A stretch of DNA of 29,644 bases. Origin: Candidatus Methylomirabilota bacterium (GTDB lineage: Bacteria > Methylomirabilota > Methylomirabilia > Rokubacteriales > CSP1-6). The stretch spans positions 1-29,644 of the forward strand of contig JBKPAK010000059.1 in the NCBI GenBank assembly GCA_046726415.1, given 5' to 3'. A program made the translations under genes and the position numbers. The notes beneath the pieces were generated by a model. The model searched no databases. It saw only the letters and a program-made list of their open reading frames with translations, and had not been told where the DNA came from. Shown piece after piece: positions 21,401 to 29,467 of this stretch (positions are counted from its first letter, which is position 1; each line of letters opens with the position of its first letter).

Positions 21401-21859
21401 AGTCTGCTCCGCGAGGCCCGCGACGCCATGGAGTCCATGGGCCGGGGCGCCTACCACTCGCTGGTCGTCGTGCAGCTCGGCGAGGCGGCGGCGCGCGCCG
21501 ATCGACTCGACGAGGCGCTCGGCCTGGCCGAGCGGGCCCTCGCGCTCACGCGCGAGCGCGGTGAACGGGGCGGCGAGGCTCTCGCCCTCCACCTCCTCGG
21601 CGAGATCGAACGGCATCGCGCTTTCCCCGACGTGGAAACGGCGAGGGGCCGCTACCGCGCGGCGCTCGCGCTGGCCGATGGTCTCGGCATGCGCCCGCTC
21701 GTCGCCCGCTGCCACCTCGGTCTCGGTGCCCTCCATCGGCGGGCCGGACGGCCGCGCGAGGCCGGCGCGCATCTCGCCGAAGCCGCCGGGATGTTTCACG
21801 CGATGCAAATGCCCTTTTGGTCGGAGCTGGCGGAAGCCGAGCGGCGAGCGCTGGCGTGA
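18494..21859 (+). CDS. Class III adenylate/guanylate cyclase with double zinc ribbon, STAND AAA ATPase and TPR repeats
   Basis: Four CxxC at the N-terminus; GERKQVTMLFADVRGS, MGDGIMALFGAP, THLAARMEQ; FVGR; Walker A GQPGVGKS; GNPLFLEE; YTFKHAL; helical TPR C-terminus; 1121 aa. Confidence 0.93.
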   Translation: MRCPVCAHENPPPARFCRECGARLAPRCAECDAELPAAAKFCAECGHPVGGPSTVQSRFSSPQSYTPKHLAERILTSRSALEGERKQVTMLFADVRGSMELLAGQDPEEARTILDPVLELMMEAVHRYEGTVNQVMGDGIMALFGAPIAQEDHAVRACYAALRMQEAVKRHSEGGRRVTGSPIQIRVGLNSGDVVVRSIGSDLRMDYSAIGQATHLAARMEQLAAPGSILMTAHSLRLAEAYVEVKPLGLVHVKGMSQPVEVYELTRASRVRTRFQASAARGLTPFVGRDVEVDELHRALERAREGHGQLCAIVGQPGVGKSRLFHEFIHSPVTADWLVLESESISYGKVRPYLPFIDLLKGYFRIEDRDDERKIREKVTGRLLSADEALPASLPAFLALLDVAVVDARWQTLDPPQRRHETLNAVRRLLLWETRIQPVLIAIENLQWIDSESQTLLDSLVECAPTARMLLLVNYRPGYRHAWGDRTYYSQIRLDPLPPKSAEEFLDALVGDDAGLQQLKQVLIERTEGNPLFLEESVRALIETHALIGERGVYRAAKDVSAPEVAPTVQAVLAARIDRLASADKHLLQCAAVIGKEVPFTLLRALADERDDEVRGGLRRLQDAELLYETALFPELEYTFKHALTHEVAYGSLLHDRRRLLHARIVEVIEALYPDRVAEHVERLASHAFRAEMWDRAWTYLRQAGTKALSRSANREAAAYFEQALMALPHLPETTEGLAQAIDVRFDLRNALLPLGEFDRFYGYLREAEALALKLDDRRRLGWVSVYVCHYLWMTGRSTEARAVGQSACDIAATLGDFPLTVVANFYLGLACFAGGDYPRAAGLLRSALRSLEGDLSRERCGLAGFPAAMSRSYLGLAVGQLGDFDEGIAHVEEGVRCAEAADHPYSLIVACWSLGSLYGIRGNLGDAARVLERARALCREWKLAVLSPLVTGPLGYVHALSGRLAQGLSLLREARDAMESMGRGAYHSLVVVQLGEAAARADRLDEALGLAERALALTRERGERGGEALALHLLGEIERHRAFPDVETARGRYRAALALADGLGMRPLVARCHLGLGALHRRAGRPREAGAHLAEAAGMFHAMQMPFWSELAEAERRALA

Positions 21860-21932
21860 GGGGGCGCTCGGTCTCATCGACGGTCGTGCGTCTGGTCACT
21901 ACCCGCTAACCGGAATCGTCCGGGAGGGGCCC

Positions 21933-23189
21933 ATGGACAACCGCGTGGGAATCGTCGCTTACGACTGCCTGTCCCCCCTCGGCAGCACCCTGCCCGCCAC
22001 CTGGAAGCAGCTCGTCAACAACCGCAGCGGCGTGACGCTCATCGATCGCTACGATCCGAGCCGGGAGACGCTTGTCGGCGTGTCATCGATCGCCTTTGCC
22101 GGGCAAGTGCCTCTGACGTACGCTGAGATGGCGGGCTCGCGCGAGCGATACGCGCGATCCCCCGAACCGTCGTCGCACTGCGTGCGGACCGTGTGCGCGC
22201 GCGTCCTCGCCGAGATCGGGTTCGATGTCTCCCGACACGATCCCCAGCGCATCGCGCTCTTCGGCGCCACCGCCCTCACCGCCCAGATCTCCCAGCACGC
22301 GCTCACCACGACGGGCCGCCCGTACGTCAACTTCATCCTGAACCAGTGCCACAACATCCCGCTGGCCATGGTGGCCCGGGAGTTTGGCCTCCAGGGGCCG
22401 TCCTTCAGCATCGGGGGCGCCTGCGCCTCGGGCAATCACGCCTTGTTCCTGGCCTACCACTTCATCAAGGCCGGTCTCGTCGACTGCGCGCTCGTCGCCG
22501 GCTTCGAGTTTCCCCTCTTGCCGATCTGTGTGGGGGGGTTCGAGTGGCTGCGCGCGCTCTACAAGAGAGACAAACGCGATGACCGCGCCTACGACCATCC
22601 GGAGGCGGCGAGCCGGCCCTTCTCGCGAGACCGGCGGGGCTTCGTACTCGCCGAAGCGGTGGGCGTGGTGTTCCTCAGTGGGCTTGAATACGCGCGGCAG
22701 TCGGCGTGGCCGGTGAAGGCCATCATCGAAGGCGGGTACATGAACTCGGATGGCGATCATCTGACGCGAATGTCGCCGCGCAATATCGTCATCTGCATGC
22801 GCGAGGCCATCAAGGCGGCTGGCCGCCGCCCCGATGACATCGAGTGCGTCAACGCGCACGCGACGTCGACTCCGGTCGGCGATGCGGCGGAACTGCGGGG
22901 CCTCCACGAAGTGTTTGGCCATCGGCTGACGGAGATCCCCGTGGTGGCCAATAAGTCGCAGCTGGGCCATTCTCTGGGCGCGTCGGCCGTGCTGGAGCTG
23001 ATGTTCGCCGTGGAAGGGATGAACGCGGGCGTGGTGCTGCCGACGCTCAATCACGTGCGGGATCCGGACTTGCCCGATGCGTTCATCCCCCCGTCGGCGA
23101 TAGAGTACGAGCATCGAGCAACGCTTCTGAACTCGTTCGGTTTCGGTGGCACGAACGCATCGCTGGTGGTGGGAGCGGTCGGCGGGTGA
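21933..23189 (+). CDS. Beta-ketoacyl-ACP synthase (FabF/KAS II-like, divergent)
   Basis: GGAGG RBS; catalytic Cys in GACASG, His in NAHATST and KSQLGHSLGA; SRPFSRDRRGFV; NSFGFGGTN. Confidence 0.93.
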   Translation: MDNRVGIVAYDCLSPLGSTLPATWKQLVNNRSGVTLIDRYDPSRETLVGVSSIAFAGQVPLTYAEMAGSRERYARSPEPSSHCVRTVCARVLAEIGFDVSRHDPQRIALFGATALTAQISQHALTTTGRPYVNFILNQCHNIPLAMVAREFGLQGPSFSIGGACASGNHALFLAYHFIKAGLVDCALVAGFEFPLLPICVGGFEWLRALYKRDKRDDRAYDHPEAASRPFSRDRRGFVLAEAVGVVFLSGLEYARQSAWPVKAIIEGGYMNSDGDHLTRMSPRNIVICMREAIKAAGRRPDDIECVNAHATSTPVGDAAELRGLHEVFGHRLTEIPVVANKSQLGHSLGASAVLELMFAVEGMNAGVVLPTLNHVRDPDLPDAFIPPSAIEYEHRATLLNSFGFGGTNASLVVGAVGG

Positions 23190-23229
23190 CCAGCTCCGAG
23201 AGAAGGACCGGACGAAAGGAGCCTCGGGC

Positions 23230-23514
23230 ATGATGCGGACACGGGATGAGGCGCAGGTGGTATGGGATCTCTTGTGGTCGTCTCTGGCCGGCGGCAACTA
23301 CGATGTCGAAGCCCTCAAGAGGCAGGCGGGCGACGGGTCCCACTTCGTGGAGGACCTGCACATCGACAGTCTGGATCTGGTGGAGTTCTACGTCCGAGTC
23401 CAGGACCATTTTCACGTCGATTTCGAGGGGGACGAGTATCCGAATCTGACCTCGGTGACGGCCATCACGACCAGCCTGCAGGCCAAGGCGGACAGCCCCA
23501 CAACCTCGCCCTGA
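23230..23514 (+). CDS. Acyl carrier protein
   Basis: AAGGAG RBS; FVEDLHIDSLDLVEF contains the phosphopantetheine Ser; acidic, ~94 aa. Confidence 0.88.
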   Translation: MMRTRDEAQVVWDLLWSSLAGGNYDVEALKRQAGDGSHFVEDLHIDSLDLVEFYVRVQDHFHVDFEGDEYPNLTSVTAITTSLQAKADSPTTSP

Positions 23515-23532
23515 GCGACGGGAGATGGCGCC

Positions 23533-24612
23533 ATGAGCCTTGCGGCGTTCCTGCAGGTCCCCGAGCTGGAAGCGCGGTACCGGAAGATCAAGAAGTTCTT
23601 TTTCCTCCGCGAGTCGGCTTACGACGTGACGAGTGCTTGTCAGCTCCGGTGCGACGGCTGCTACTACTTCGCGGGGGAGCGAGCGAACGTGGAGGACGAC
23701 CGAAACCCGGAACGCTGGCGGGCGTTGCTGGAGGGGGAAAAGGCACGAGGAATCAACTACGTCAACCTCGCCGGCGCCGAGCCGGCGCTGGTGCCCCGGG
23801 TGCTCCGCGCCTGCTACGAGACGATTTCCCTCGGCACGATTTTCACCAACGGGCTGAGGCGGATTGATTCCGACGTCCGGTATCGAGTCCAGATCTCCGT
23901 GTGGGGCGACCACACCGGCGACCCGAAGTATCGGAAATACGCCAGCGGCAAGGAGGGCCCCTACTGCCTGCCCCTCCAGTTGAAGAACTACCGGAACGAC
24001 GACCGGGTGATCTTCGTCTACACCTTCAACAGCGAGAACGTGCAGCAGGTGGACGAAGTCCTGCGGGCGGTCGGGGGCGAAGGTCACCGGATCACCTTCA
24101 ACATCTTCAGCACTCCTCTGGGGAGCCAGTCCGGCCTCACCCTCCGCGAAACGCTGACGCGGACCCGGGAGAAGATGCTCGAGGCGAGCGAGATGTACCC
24201 GCAGACGGTCGTCTACTCCGAGTACAACGCGGAGGTCCACACGCAGGAGGCGAGTTTGCGCCAGCAGTTCGGCTGCCCGTACCCGCGCGCCGCGAAGGAG
24301 GAGGGCCGGAGGTTTGGCATCGCCACGACCTTCAGGAACTACCGCGCCGACCTCACCGATACCGCCGACTCCTGCTGCGTTCCCCACACCGACTGTTCTG
24401 ACTGTCGGCACTACGCCGCCGGGAGCGCGATCGTGACCTCGAGACTGGACCGCCACGTGCAATCCGAGACCCGCTTCCGGGGTTGGCTGGACTACGTCGA
24501 CACGTACCTGGCGATCTGGATCCTCGGTTACCAGAAAGGCGCGAATCTCTATCGACAGCTCTTCACGGGGACCGGGGACACCTCGGGCGTCATTCGGCAC
24601 CCGGTCGAGTAA
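23533..24612 (+). CDS. Radical SAM enzyme with a C-terminal Cys cluster (SPASM/twitch-like)
   Basis: CQLRCDGCYY (CxxxCxxC), LAGAEP, FTNG; C-terminal GCP and CCVPHTDCSDC. Confidence 0.9.
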   Translation: MSLAAFLQVPELEARYRKIKKFFFLRESAYDVTSACQLRCDGCYYFAGERANVEDDRNPERWRALLEGEKARGINYVNLAGAEPALVPRVLRACYETISLGTIFTNGLRRIDSDVRYRVQISVWGDHTGDPKYRKYASGKEGPYCLPLQLKNYRNDDRVIFVYTFNSENVQQVDEVLRAVGGEGHRITFNIFSTPLGSQSGLTLRETLTRTREKMLEASEMYPQTVVYSEYNAEVHTQEASLRQQFGCPYPRAAKEEGRRFGIATTFRNYRADLTDTADSCCVPHTDCSDCRHYAAGSAIVTSRLDRHVQSETRFRGWLDYVDTYLAIWILGYQKGANLYRQLFTGTGDTSGVIRHPVE

Positions 24613-24694
24613 GCGCCACGCGAGGCTAGATCCCGGCCAGCGAACTGCCGAAGAGGATGCGGCCGTCCCTCCCACGACATCTCGTCCGGCCCAG

Positions 24695-24826
24695 CGACTG
24701 CCACGCGGCATGCGGCGCCAGCAGGCCGTGATACCTCAGCAAGTGCGTGCGCGGGGCGAGGATCAAGACGCTGAGCTCCTGGAGCAACTCCGGCGGATCC
24801 AGCAACAAGTGCGTCGCGCCATCGGC
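24695..24826 (-). pseudogene. IS91-like (Y2) transposase internal relic
   Basis: DGATHLLLDPPELLQELSVLILAPRTHLLRYHGLLAPHAAW. Confidence 0.7.
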
Positions 24827-24859
24827 CCGGAGTGACGTCACATACTGCACAGTCTTCCC

Positions 24860-25350
24860 CGTCGTCGTCACCGTCCATTATTCATGGCACCCACTGGCCG
24901 GCCAGACGCTGAGCTGTAAGGGGCAGCAACCGCTGCCCACCGGTGAGCGCGCTTTCCTGTGTCTTCTGCCCGACGGCACGTGGTCCCTGCTGCCGGAGTG
25001 GATGACGTCGCGGGAAACGCTGCGCGCGGTGCGAGTTGGGTGTCCGAGCCCCACGTCTCCAGCGAGGCCCTGAACGAACTGGTCACCTTCCTGCGCGCTC
25101 TCCGCGGGCCGCATCAGACAATCGCAGCCGAGACGACGACTCCTACTGACAAGGGGGCGCGGCCCGATGAGACGACGCGGCACGAGACGGAGCGAGCGGC
25201 AACGGGAGCTCGAGTGGACGGACAACGCTTCGCTGGGCCGAGCTGCCGGCCGACCTCCGCGACCAGCTCGCCGCCGAGCTGAGAGTCCTGCTGGAGCGCG
25301 CGGCGACGCGACAGGCCGGCCGGGTCGCCTGGAGCGGGCGCGATGAGTAG
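24860..25350 (+). pseudogene. Small accessory ORFs that precede large serine recombinases (DUF5372-like ORF + short ORF), frameshifted
   Basis: VTVHYSWHPLAGQ..LPDGTWSLLPEWMT / EPHVSSEALNELVTFL, then RWAELPADLRDQLAAELRVLL..DE*, whose stop overlaps the recombinase ATG (ATGAGTAG). Family call from recall. Confidence 0.5.
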
Positions 25351-26420
25351 CGAGAAGATCCGGGCCGAGCACCTGAGCCGGCGGGCATTCGTGTACGTTC
25401 GCCAATCGTCCCTCGGGCAGGTCCGTCAGCATCGGGAGAGTCGGCAACGCCAGTACGACCTGGAGCAGCACGCCCGCGCGCTGGGCGGGGTGGACGTCGT
25501 GGTGATCGATGAGGATCAGGGCAAGTCCGGGGCGACCGCCGTCGGACGGGCCGGCTTCCAGCGCCTGGTGGCCGACGTGAGCCTGGGCCGCGTGGGCGCG
25601 GTCGTGGGCTTGGAAGTCTCCCGTCTGGCCCGGAACAATCGCGACTGGTACCAGCTCCTGGATCTATGTGGCTTGATGAACACGTTGATCGTGGATGCCG
25701 AGGGCGTCTACGATCCCCGCCAGCTCAATGACCGGTTGCTGCGCGGGCTGAAGGGGACGCTGAGCGAGGCGGAGCTGGGCTGGATCCGGCAGCGGGCGTG
25801 GGAGGGGGCCTTGACGAAGGCGCGCCGCGGCGAGCTGGTCATCGGCTTGCCGGTGGGCTACGTGCGCACCCGCGAGGGCCGGACGGACAAGCATCCCGAC
25901 CAGCGGGTGCAGCACGCGGTGCGGCTCGTGTTCGAGAAGTTCACGGAGCTCGGCAGTGTGCGGCAGAGCGGGTTGTGGTTCCGGCAGCAGGAGATCGCGC
26001 TGCCCGGCAACGATCGCGACCCCGCCTGGGGCGAACGAGTGAAGTGGCGATTCCCGACGTACAGCGCGGCGCGGCGGATCCTGCGTAATCCCTTCTACGC
26101 TGGCGCCTATGCCTTCGGCCGCACGACGAAGCAGATCACCATCGTCGAAGGCGTGGCGCGCGCCAGGCGGATGCCGCGCGGCGGCCGTGCCGACTGGATC
26201 ACGTTGATCCGGGATCACCACGAGCCGTACATTGCCTGGGACGTCTATGAGCGCAACCAGGCACTGATCGCCCACAACGCTACGATAAAGGGGGCCCGCG
26301 GGCGCGGAGCGATTCGCGGAGGCCCGAGTCTCCTGCCGGGCCTGCTGCGCTGTGGGCACTGTGGCCGGAAGCTGCACGTGCGGTACGGCGGGTAAGGCGG
26401 CCGGGTCCCGCGCTACGAGT
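25343..26420 (+). pseudogene. Large serine recombinase (resolvase + recombinase + zinc ribbon), truncated
   Basis: AFVYVRQSS (catalytic Ser), DEDQGKSG, EVSRLARN, ILRNPFYAG, LLRCGHCGRKL; in-frame TAA at 26393-26395, then GGRVPRYE, then homology ends. Confidence 0.88.
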
Positions 26421-26442
26421 CCATCTGTCAGCCCCTCGGCGA

Positions 26443-26480
26443 ACGCTGAGTGGTCAGCGGAATCGCGGACCACTCAGCGT
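26443..26480. repeat. Inverted repeat / stem-loop with a 13-bp perfect stem
   Basis: ACGCTGAGTGGTC (26443-26455) and GACCACTCAGCGT (26468-26480). Confidence 0.8.
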
Positions 26481-26651
26481 GGCGCTCAGGCTCGCACGAA
26501 GCGCCGGGCGCCGTCAAAGGACCGAAGCGAGGCGTGTCGGGAGCCCCATGATTTGACCGGTTCCCGGCGCGTCACCCGGCCAAATGCCTCTGTGGTATCG
26601 CAACGCTGGGCAAAAATGCCCTGCACAGCGCCCGCAAAACCGGGAGGCCGC

Positions 26652-26985
26652 ATGAGCAAACGACTCGCCTTCATCGACCTCGACGGCACGCTGCTCGGAT
26701 CGGATAAAACCGTGAGCGCCGCCAATCGCGCCGCTCTCGACCGCCTGCGGGCGGCGAACGTGCAAATCGTCATTGCCTCCGGCCGGCACCATCGCAATAT
26801 CGCCGCACTCGCCGGCATCGGCGAACCGGGCTGGATCCGCTCGTCGCAAGGCGCCGTCGTGCGCAATGAACAGACGGGCGCGACCCTGCTCGAGCTCTCC
26901 ATGCAGAGCGACCGCATAAAGGGAATCTGCGAACGCGCCCGAGCCGGGGGAATGACTGTGATCGCCTATCACCGATCGGGCGTCA
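26652..26985 (+). pseudogene. Cof-type HAD-IIB hydrolase, 3'-truncated
   Basis: GGAGG RBS; FIDLDGTLL (motif I), IASGR (motif II), SQGAVV; motifs III/IV are absent and the ORF runs into the 3' end of the opposing integrase. Confidence 0.85.
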
Positions 26986-28225
26986 GGCTATGGCCCGTTT
27001 CTGCCTTCAAATTCGATGAGTCAGCGCAGACAGGCTTCTCGACGTCATCGGCAGCGTTGTGATTAGCGTTGGGAGTCGAGTGCGCATTTTCCCTCTGTTC
27101 TTGGAGGCGCTTCGCCCACAGTCTGTCGGCGGTGGGCAGCCACCGCGAGTACACCGACAGCGTGATGGCGGGCGAGGCATGGCCGAGCATTGCGCTCACG
27201 TACGTAATCGGCGCCCCCGCAGCGAGCAGATGGGAGGCGAAACTGTGGCGGAGGTCGTACAACCGGTGCGGTGGCAGGGGAGGCTTCGCTCTCCGTAGGC
27301 CCTGAAAGGCCCGCCGCACGCCAGACACGCTCCGCGTGGCGCCAGACGGCGCCGGGAAGATCCACGAATCGTCGCCAGCTTTGCAGCGTGCCTCCTGCCA
27401 AATCCGCCACTGTGTGAGCGCTGACGTGAGCCGGGGCGTCAGCTCGACGTCTCGCTCCTCACCCGTCTTTGTGCCTTTGATCTCCCCGCCGTCCGCCAGC
27501 GCCCTCTCGATGCGTAGGATCTGATCGGCAGGGTTGAAGTCCGCCCACTTGAGCGCGAGCGCTTCCTGCGGGCGAAGGCCCGCATCGGCCAGGGTGAGGA
27601 ACAGCGGGCCGAGGGCGCGCACCCGTCCCGCTCGGGTCAGGAGTGCCTCTAGGTCAGGGACCGTCAGGGGGCGGATGACCTTCGCCGTGGCGACATTGTT
27701 CCTACCGCGACGCTTCTTCCGCCGCTGGCGTCGTGGTGCGAGCGCTCGGACCGGATTCGCGCTGATCTTCCCGTCCTCGACGGCGCCCCCGAGCACGACG
27801 CTCAGGGTGGCCTTCACGAGCCGTACGGTGTTCCCGCTCAGGCCAGCCTGCGCCTTGTCGGTCAGGAGTGCCTTGATTGCGGCGACGTCGATACTCACGA
27901 GCGAGCGATCGCCGAGCGCTGGCAGGATGGTCCGGTTAAGGTGTTGCCGGTAGCTTGCCACCGTTGCCGACTCCAGCTCCGGGGCGTTCCGCTCCAGCCA
28001 CTTTGTCGCGTAGTCCTTCAGAAGGACAACGGGCAAGGGCGCCTTCTCCACGGCGATCCCCGCTTCCCCGCGCAGGATCTTCGCCCGCTGCACGCTGGCC
28101 AGCTCCCTGGCGACCGTACGCGAGATGTTACGGCCCAGACGGGCGACGTGCCGCCGCCCTTGGTGGTGGAAGTCGAGCCACCATGTCTTGCCCCGCTGGT
28201 AGATGCCGTCGCCTGGTCGGGCCAT
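26969..28225 (-). CDS. Tyrosine integrase, intact
   Basis: GIYQRGKTWWLDF arm-binding domain; AGLRPQEA, GTKTG, RLYDLRHSFAS, MLGHAS, TLSVY; 418 aa. Confidence 0.93.
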   Translation of the reverse strand: MARPGDGIYQRGKTWWLDFHHQGRRHVARLGRNISRTVARELASVQRAKILRGEAGIAVEKAPLPVVLLKDYATKWLERNAPELESATVASYRQHLNRTILPALGDRSLVSIDVAAIKALLTDKAQAGLSGNTVRLVKATLSVVLGGAVEDGKISANPVRALAPRRQRRKKRRGRNNVATAKVIRPLTVPDLEALLTRAGRVRALGPLFLTLADAGLRPQEALALKWADFNPADQILRIERALADGGEIKGTKTGEERDVELTPRLTSALTQWRIWQEARCKAGDDSWIFPAPSGATRSVSGVRRAFQGLRRAKPPLPPHRLYDLRHSFASHLLAAGAPITYVSAMLGHASPAITLSVYSRWLPTADRLWAKRLQEQRENAHSTPNANHNAADDVEKPVCADSSNLKAETGHSLTPDR

Positions 28226-28226
28226 T

Positions 28227-28397
28227 TCAGTCCCCCTTCTCGCTTGTATGGCGCAGGTACTCTTTGATCAGTCGCCGGATGATCGCCGCCGCTGTCACGC
28301 GGGACCCCGTCCGTACCGTCTCTTGACGGGCAAGGCGTTCTAGCGCCCGCACATCTTTAGGGTCCAGGCGCAGTGAGGTGACTGGAAGCTTTTTCAT
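28227..28397 (-). CDS. Ribbon-helix-helix (CopG/Arc-like) protein, 56 aa; not in the ORF track
   Basis: MKKLPVTSLRLDPKDVRALERLARQETVRTGSRVTAAAIIRRLIKEYLRHTSEKGD*: beta-strand TSLRL plus two helices. Its stop is 1 nt before the integrase ATG and its end supplies the RBS (AAGGGGG). Confidence 0.8.
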   Translation of the reverse strand: MKKLPVTSLRLDPKDVRALERLARQETVRTGSRVTAAAIIRRLIKEYLRHTSEKGD

Positions 28398-28414
28398 CGG
28401 CCGCCCTGATGATT

Positions 28415-28444
28415 ATCGTAACACCTAGGTATTACCAGTGGCAA
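28415..28444 (-). promoter_or_regulatory. Sigma70 promoter with an embedded 18-bp palindromic operator
   Basis: Minus strand TTGCCA-N18-TACGAT with extended TG. GTAACACCTAGGTATTAC (28418-28435) is palindromic except for one pair. Confidence 0.7.
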
Positions 28445-28681
28445 TGGCCGAAATTCGAAACCAGGGATCCAGTACACGCCCGGGCTGGAAACGGTGCCCT
28501 CGGCCAGGGCAAGCTGGCGGTGGCCGCCGCAGAGGAAGGGCAAGAGACGGAGCAGGTTGAGTCAGGAGGGTGATCACTGAGCTGAGATTGTCCCGAGATC
28601 AGCGTCGGATCAACCTTCGTCCGCCGGCCGGGTTTTCGCGAACGACGAGGTGCGTGCCACGAGTCTCCCAAGGCAGGGGCC

Positions 28682-29234
28682 ATGAGACTGGTCAAGAAGA
28701 CCTCGATGGGAATGGCAGTGGTGGCGGCGGTTGGGGCTCTTTCGCTCTTGTCGGCGAGTCCAGTACTGGCCGCGTCCGAAAGGGACGTCATCGTGGTGAA
28801 CACTCCAGCGGCGCCGGTGCCCGTCACCGGCGGGGTGGAGGGTCGTGAATGACGCTCTATACCAGCCCTACATCAGGCTGGCTTCCGTTTTCCTCACGGG
28901 GGGAACCATGCGCGAAGTGAGCTTCGATGTTCCAGATGGGAAGTGCCTGGTCGTCGAGACCGTGTCCGTCCAGGCAGACGTGCCAGCGGGCCAGAAGGTG
29001 CGCGTGATGCTCGACGTCCTGGAGGGCATTTCGCCGGTGTTGAGCGTGGTGCCGGTCCAGTCCCCAGGACCGATTCTCGGAGTCGAATACTACGTCGCCA
29101 ACCTGCCCTTCAAACTGCGGAAGGATGCGATGCCAGGGACCACCGACGAGATCCGCGTCCGAATGATCCGCGACTCGTCGGCCGGCGATGCCGGACTGGC
29201 GGCGACGATTCACGGATATCTGGTCGATCGTTGA
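28682..29234 (+). pseudogene. Secreted hypothetical protein with one frameshift (~28841)
   Basis: MRLVKKTSMGMAVVAAVGALSLLSASPVLA signal peptide, DVIVVNTPAAPVPVTGGVE; after a +1 shift, VVNDALYQPY..FDVPDGKCLVVETVSV..IHGYLVDR*. Confidence 0.65.
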
Positions 29235-29467
29235 TCGACGTGGGGTCCGAGACTCGGCGGCTGGCGAGAGCGGGGGCGACGGAGTGGACCCCGCGCCGCG
29301 GTGGCGCAAGCGAGAAGGAGCGTCATGGTGTTGAGCGTAGATTAGCCGGCCATCGGGCCCTTCACTGCCCTCATGGATTTCGTGGTCCATGCGGAAGCCA
29401 TCGGCCTCCACCCGCCCGTTGCTCGGGCCGGAGGCAATCCTGGATGGGTCTGGCAAGATGATGCCTG

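Noticed and set aside
21933-24612. Assigning the cluster to ladderane, aryl-polyene or type II aromatic PKS biosynthesis
   Set aside because: No B12-binding rSAM, chain-length factor, reductase, dehydratase or cyclase gene is visible; the gene content is insufficient for any named pathway.
18491-24711. Long minus-strand ORFs (18491-19936, 20594-21877, 22083-23297, 23083-24711)
   Set aside because: Antisense to the well-supported cyclase, KS, ACP and rSAM genes.
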